Source of the DNA: Planctomycetota bacterium | GTDB lineage: Bacteria > Planctomycetota > PLA2 > JAEUHO01 | Direction: 5' to 3' | Assembly: GCA_030066775.1 (NCBI GenBank) | Contig: JASJAY010000001.1 | Coordinates: 4,612 to 68,611, forward strand | DNA: 64,000 nt | Shown here: positions 60,613 to 64,000 of the stretch, in pieces | Layout: every line of letters starts with the position of its first letter | How positions within the stretch are numbered: the stretch's first letter is position 1 | Program-made: the position numbers and the translations under genes | Notes under the pieces: model-generated | The model's database searches: none | Told to the model about the DNA's origin: nothing | Seen by the model: only the letters and a program-made list of their open reading frames with translations

Positions 60613-61959
60613 ATGCGACGATCCCGGTCGCTCGCCTGTTCGCTGCTCGGATCCCTGTTGATCGTCCTCGCGGGCCCGGCCGTCGCCGATGAGCCGCCCG
60701 CCACCCCCGAACCCGTGCGCGAAGCGCCAGGCGCAGTGGCCGCCTTCGACCTCCAGGACGGCACGAGCCGGGTGCTGCTGCAGCCGGAGTTTCGCGAGGC
60801 CACCCTCCTCCGCACCGACCTCCTGGCGCTGAAGCTCGAGGGGCTGCGCGTCGAGCTCGTCACGCCCGTGGCGGTCCGGCCCACGCCCTTGTTCGACAAG
60901 GCGGCGCCGAAGACCGCGCCGGCGCGCCTGCTGCTCCTGGGGCCTCCGGACGTCGTCGCACGCGCGCAGGCGCACGCGCTGCGGCTGGACGTGCCGCCGC
61001 GGATGGTCTCCGTGTCCATACTGCTCTCGGAGGTACAGCGCAGCGGGGTCGACTCCACCGGCACGAGCTTGCTCTACGACAAGGACGGCGTCGGTGATCC
61101 GAAGGGCACGCTCTTCCGCTCCTTCGAGACCGGCTTCACGCCGGACCGCTTCCTCATCTCGTCGCTCACCGGCTCGCGCCCCTTCGAGGGCACGGCCGTG
61201 CGCCTCGGCGACGGCAACGTGCTCGGCGGCGCCTGGGAGACCACGCTGCGCATGCTCGCCAAGCGCGGCGAGGCGCAGTTCCTCGCGTGGCCGAACCTGC
61301 TCTGCGCCGAGGGGCGCCCCGCGGAGATCCAGACCGTCGAGAACCTGCCGCACATCCGTCTCGAGCAGGCGGGCACCGCGCCGAACGTGCGGCTGACGAG
61401 CGAGCAGGCGGGCCTCCGCCTCGCTGTGACCGCTCTGCGCGTCGGCGCCGAGCACGCCGTGCTCGACATCGACATGTGGCTGAACGTGCCCGAGGCCCCG
61501 GAACGAGCGAGCAGCTACCCGGGCGGGCTGCAGCTCAACACGCGGCGCGTGCGCACGCGCGTGACGGTGCGCGACGGCGAGCCGCTGCTCCTGGGCGGGC
61601 TCTTCCTGCGGCGCTGGGCGCACTTGCGCAAGGGGCTGCCGCGGCTCTCGGGCATGTCGCTGGTCGACCAGCTGCTCTTCGCCGACGACAAGAACTGCGT
61701 CGACACGGAGCTCGTGCTGCTCATTCGCGGCCGCATCCGCACGCCGAGTGCGGAAGCCGTCCGGCGTGCGCGCGATGCCGGACCGGTCATCTCGCGCAAG
61801 CGCCCGGAGGATCCGTGGAGCGACCCATGGCGGGTCGCCCCGGAGCCCGAATTGGAGGAGCCCCGGGATGCACCAAGGCACCCCGGGGCTCCGAAGAGCT
61901 CTGCGGATCTGACGACGCCGCCCGCAGGCGGCGCCGCCGTCTCACCGCTGGGCGGCTGA
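60613..61959 (+). CDS. secretin-domain outer-membrane protein (type II/III secretion / pilus secretin family)
   Basis: ATG 60613 within track ORF 60604..61959. Signal peptide MRRSRSLACSLLGSLLIVLAGPAVA. C-terminal secretin signature (VSVSILLSEVQRSG..., VRDGEPLLLGGL, GLPRLSGMSLVDQLF, ELVLLIRGRI). Confidence 0.75.
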   Translation: MRRSRSLACSLLGSLLIVLAGPAVADEPPATPEPVREAPGAVAAFDLQDGTSRVLLQPEFREATLLRTDLLALKLEGLRVELVTPVAVRPTPLFDKAAPKTAPARLLLLGPPDVVARAQAHALRLDVPPRMVSVSILLSEVQRSGVDSTGTSLLYDKDGVGDPKGTLFRSFETGFTPDRFLISSLTGSRPFEGTAVRLGDGNVLGGAWETTLRMLAKRGEAQFLAWPNLLCAEGRPAEIQTVENLPHIRLEQAGTAPNVRLTSEQAGLRLAVTALRVGAEHAVLDIDMWLNVPEAPERASSYPGGLQLNTRRVRTRVTVRDGEPLLLGGLFLRRWAHLRKGLPRLSGMSLVDQLLFADDKNCVDTELVLLIRGRIRTPSAEAVRRARDAGPVISRKRPEDPWSDPWRVAPEPELEEPRDAPRHPGAPKSSADLTTPPAGGAAVSPLGG

Positions 61960-61960
61960 G

Positions 61961-64000
61961 CTACTCGCCACCGCGGTCGCCGCCACCACCACGGTCGCCG
62001 CCGCCACCGCCGTCACGGTCGCCGCCACGCCGGCGCGGACGCCGGTCGCCGCGATCGCCGCCACGGCCTCCGCGTCCACCGCGGTCGCCGCCGCGGCCTC
62101 CACGTCCGCCGCGATCGCCGCCGCGTCCGCCGCGCGGACCGCGCCCGCCACCGCCACGCGGACCGCGTCCGCCGCCGCCACGCGGCCGGCCTTCGCCCTC
62201 ACCGCGGGAGCGGCCTTCGCCGTCCTCGGGCACGCCTCCGGCCGGCACGGGCGCCGAAGCGTCCTCGCCGAGCTCGATCAGCGCCTGGCGCCGGGACAGC
62301 TTCACGCGGCCCGACTCGTCGATGTTGATGACCTTGACCTTGTGGAACTCGCCCATCTTGACGACGTCGTCGACCGAGCCGACGTAGCCGTCGGCCAGCT
62401 CGCTGACGTGGCACAGGCCGTCGAGGCCCGGGATGATCTCGAGGAACGCGCCGAAGTCGCGGATCGAGGTCACCTTGCCGTCGTAGATCTTGCCGAGCGT
62501 GGCCTCTGCGGTGCAGAGCTCCACCTGCTCGCGGGCCGCGAGCGCGGCATCCGCCTGGGTGGCGAAGATCTTCACGATGCCCTCGTCGTTGACCTCGACG
62601 GTGGCGCCCGTCTCCTCCTGGATGCGACGGATGTTCTTGCCGCCGGGGCCGATCAGCGCACCGATCTTGTCGGGGTTGATCTGCACCATCTCCACGCGCG
62701 GCGCGTGGCGGTTGTACTCCGCACGCGGACGCGGGATGGCCTTGAGCATCTCCCGGAGGATGTAGATCCGACCCTCGCGGGCCTGCTCGAGCGCGCGGCT
62801 GAGGAGCTCCGCCGTGACGCCGCTCATCTTGATGTCCATCTGCAGCGCGGTGATGCCGTTCTGCGTACCGGCCACCTTGAAGTCCATGTCGCCGGCATGG
62901 TCCTCGTCACCGAGGATGTCCGACAGCACGACCTGGTTGTCACCGTCGTCGACGAGACCCATGGCGATGCCGGCCACGGGACGCACGATCTGCACGCCCG
63001 CGTCCATGAGCGACAGGGTGTTGCCGCAGACCGAGGCCATCGAGGACGAGCCGTTCGACATCAGCACGTCGCTCACGACGCGCAGCGTGTACGGGAACTC
63101 CTGCATCGCCGGGAGCACCGGCAAGAGCGAACGCTCGGCCAGAGCACCGTGACCCACCTCGCGGCGCGACGGGCCGCGGATCGGCCGCGTCTCGCCCACG
63201 CACATGGGGGGGAAGTTGTAGTGAAGGTAGTACTTCTTTGTGTAGCTCTGCGCCGAGAGGCCGTCGACGAGCTTCTCGTCGAGCCCGGTGCCGAGCGTGG
63301 TCGTCACGAGCGCCTGCGTCTCGCCGCGCGTGAAGAGCGCCGAGCCGTGGGCACGGGGCAGGAGCCCCACCTCGACCGTGATGTCGCGCACCTTGTCGGG
63401 TGCACGTCCGTCGATGCGCGTGCCGGAGAGCACCGCCTTGCGGACGATCTCCTTCTCCAGCTTGCCGAAGGCGTCGCCGACCTGGCCCTTGGTGAGCCCG
63501 GCCTTCTCGTCCTCCTCGGTCGCGACCAACGCCTCGCGCGCGTCGTTGAGCACGGCGCGCTTGGCGGCGTTGCGCTCGAGCTTGGTCACGCTCTTGATCG
63601 CCGTCTCGAAGGCGTCGTAGTAGCCCTCGCGGACGACGTCGACGTGCGACTCGTCCTTCTCGGGCGGGGTGTACTCGGGGCGCGTCCAGCCGACCTTCTC
63701 GCGCAGCTCTTCGATGCCGGCGCAGATGTTCTTGATCACCTCGTGGGCGAACTCGAGCGCCGCGACGACGACCTCTTCGCTGACCTCGTTGGCGCCCGCC
63801 TCGACCATCGTGACGGCGTTCTTCGTGCCGGCCACGACCATGTCGAGGTGCGAGTTGGCCATGGTCTCGTTGTCGGGGAAGGCGACGAACTCACCATCGA
63901 CCAGACCCACGCGCACGGCCCCGATGGGGCCGAGGAACGGCAGGTTGCTGAGCGAGACCGCGGCGCTCGCGCCGTTGACGCTGAGCACGTCGGGGTCGTT
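61961..64000 (-). CDS. pnp: polyribonucleotide nucleotidyltransferase (PNPase), N-terminus beyond window end, with C-terminal RGG-repeat tail
   Basis: The frame stays open to position 64000. RNase PH-like domains, a KH domain (IGPGGKNIRRIQEETG) and an S1 domain (GKVTSIRDFGAFLEI) are present. They are followed by about 85 aa of GRGG/DRGG repeats. Confidence 0.9.
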   Translation of the reverse strand, partial: NDPDVLSVNGASAAVSLSNLPFLGPIGAVRVGLVDGEFVAFPDNETMANSHLDMVVAGTKNAVTMVEAGANEVSEEVVVAALEFAHEVIKNICAGIEELREKVGWTRPEYTPPEKDESHVDVVREGYYDAFETAIKSVTKLERNAAKRAVLNDAREALVATEEDEKAGLTKGQVGDAFGKLEKEIVRKAVLSGTRIDGRAPDKVRDITVEVGLLPRAHGSALFTRGETQALVTTTLGTGLDEKLVDGLSAQSYTKKYYLHYNFPPMCVGETRPIRGPSRREVGHGALAERSLLPVLPAMQEFPYTLRVVSDVLMSNGSSSMASVCGNTLSLMDAGVQIVRPVAGIAMGLVDDGDNQVVLSDILGDEDHAGDMDFKVAGTQNGITALQMDIKMSGVTAELLSRALEQAREGRIYILREMLKAIPRPRAEYNRHAPRVEMVQINPDKIGALIGPGGKNIRRIQEETGATVEVNDEGIVKIFATQADAALAAREQVELCTAEATLGKIYDGKVTSIRDFGAFLEIIPGLDGLCHVSELADGYVGSVDDVVKMGEFHKVKVINIDESGRVKLSRRQALIELGEDASAPVPAGGVPEDGEGRSRGEGEGRPRGGGGRGPRGGGGRGPRGGRGGDRGGRGGRGGDRGGRGGRGGDRGDRRPRRRGGDRDGGGGGDRGGGGDRGGE

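Noticed and set aside
58566-61959. Filamentous-phage-like module (CI-type repressor plus pIV-like secretin)
   Set aside because: No replication initiator, ssDNA-binding, coat or assembly-ATPase genes are present. The locus is bounded immediately by pnp and a TPR gene, and no att-like repeats were seen.
61964-62215. Tandem DNA repeats as a possible CRISPR or non-coding satellite
   Set aside because: The repeats are short (multiples of 3), imperfect, lack spacers, and lie in frame within the pnp C-terminus encoding RGG/DRGG units. No CRISPR-like array was seen anywhere in the window.

Overview
High-GC (roughly two-thirds G+C by eye) bacterial chromosomal window. All calls are by eye and from memory of protein families; no searches were run. 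The gene style suggests a Myxococcota-like deltaproteobacterium, but that is inference only: many lipoproteins with propeller repeats, a WD40-caspase protein, HEAT/vWA proteins, three hybrid sensor kinases, a sigma-54 activator, and Arg/Gly-rich tails. I call about 50 CDS, one tRNA-Pro(GGG) and several regulatory or repeat features. Housekeeping genes include pruA, queA, queG, gpsA, plsY, hyuA/hyuB and pnp (partial). Between the tRNA (about 11 kb) and about 33 kb lies an accessory-looking run of GNAT, ABM, APH, DinB, SnoaL, SRPBCC, DUF1801, DUF3124 and repeat lipoproteins. The most unusual region is a 2.0 kb ORF-free gap (48735-50751) between a sigma-54 enhancer-binding protein gene and convergent gpsA. 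It holds an NtrC-geometry inverted repeat, a correctly spaced -24/-12 promoter, and then about 1.3 kb dense with perfect GNRA/UUCG/CUUG-capped helices ending in a terminator-like hairpin. I read this as a candidate large sigma-54-dependent structured RNA that I cannot assign to any known family. Other points of interest: a duplicated tRNA-Pro 3' end bracketing a single 3.3 kb LamG/glycosidase-like gene with no integrase; a lipoprotein fusing a Cys-phosphatase domain to a cytochrome c'-like CXXCH domain; queA and queG flanking an uncharacterised Cys-motif protein; an XRE/S24 repressor whose catalytic Ser and Lys appear substituted, next to an AT-rich palindromic operator; an orphan secretin; and a PNPase with an RGG-repeat tail. 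Many long ORFs in the supplied track are antisense or out-of-frame artefacts of high GC and were not called.
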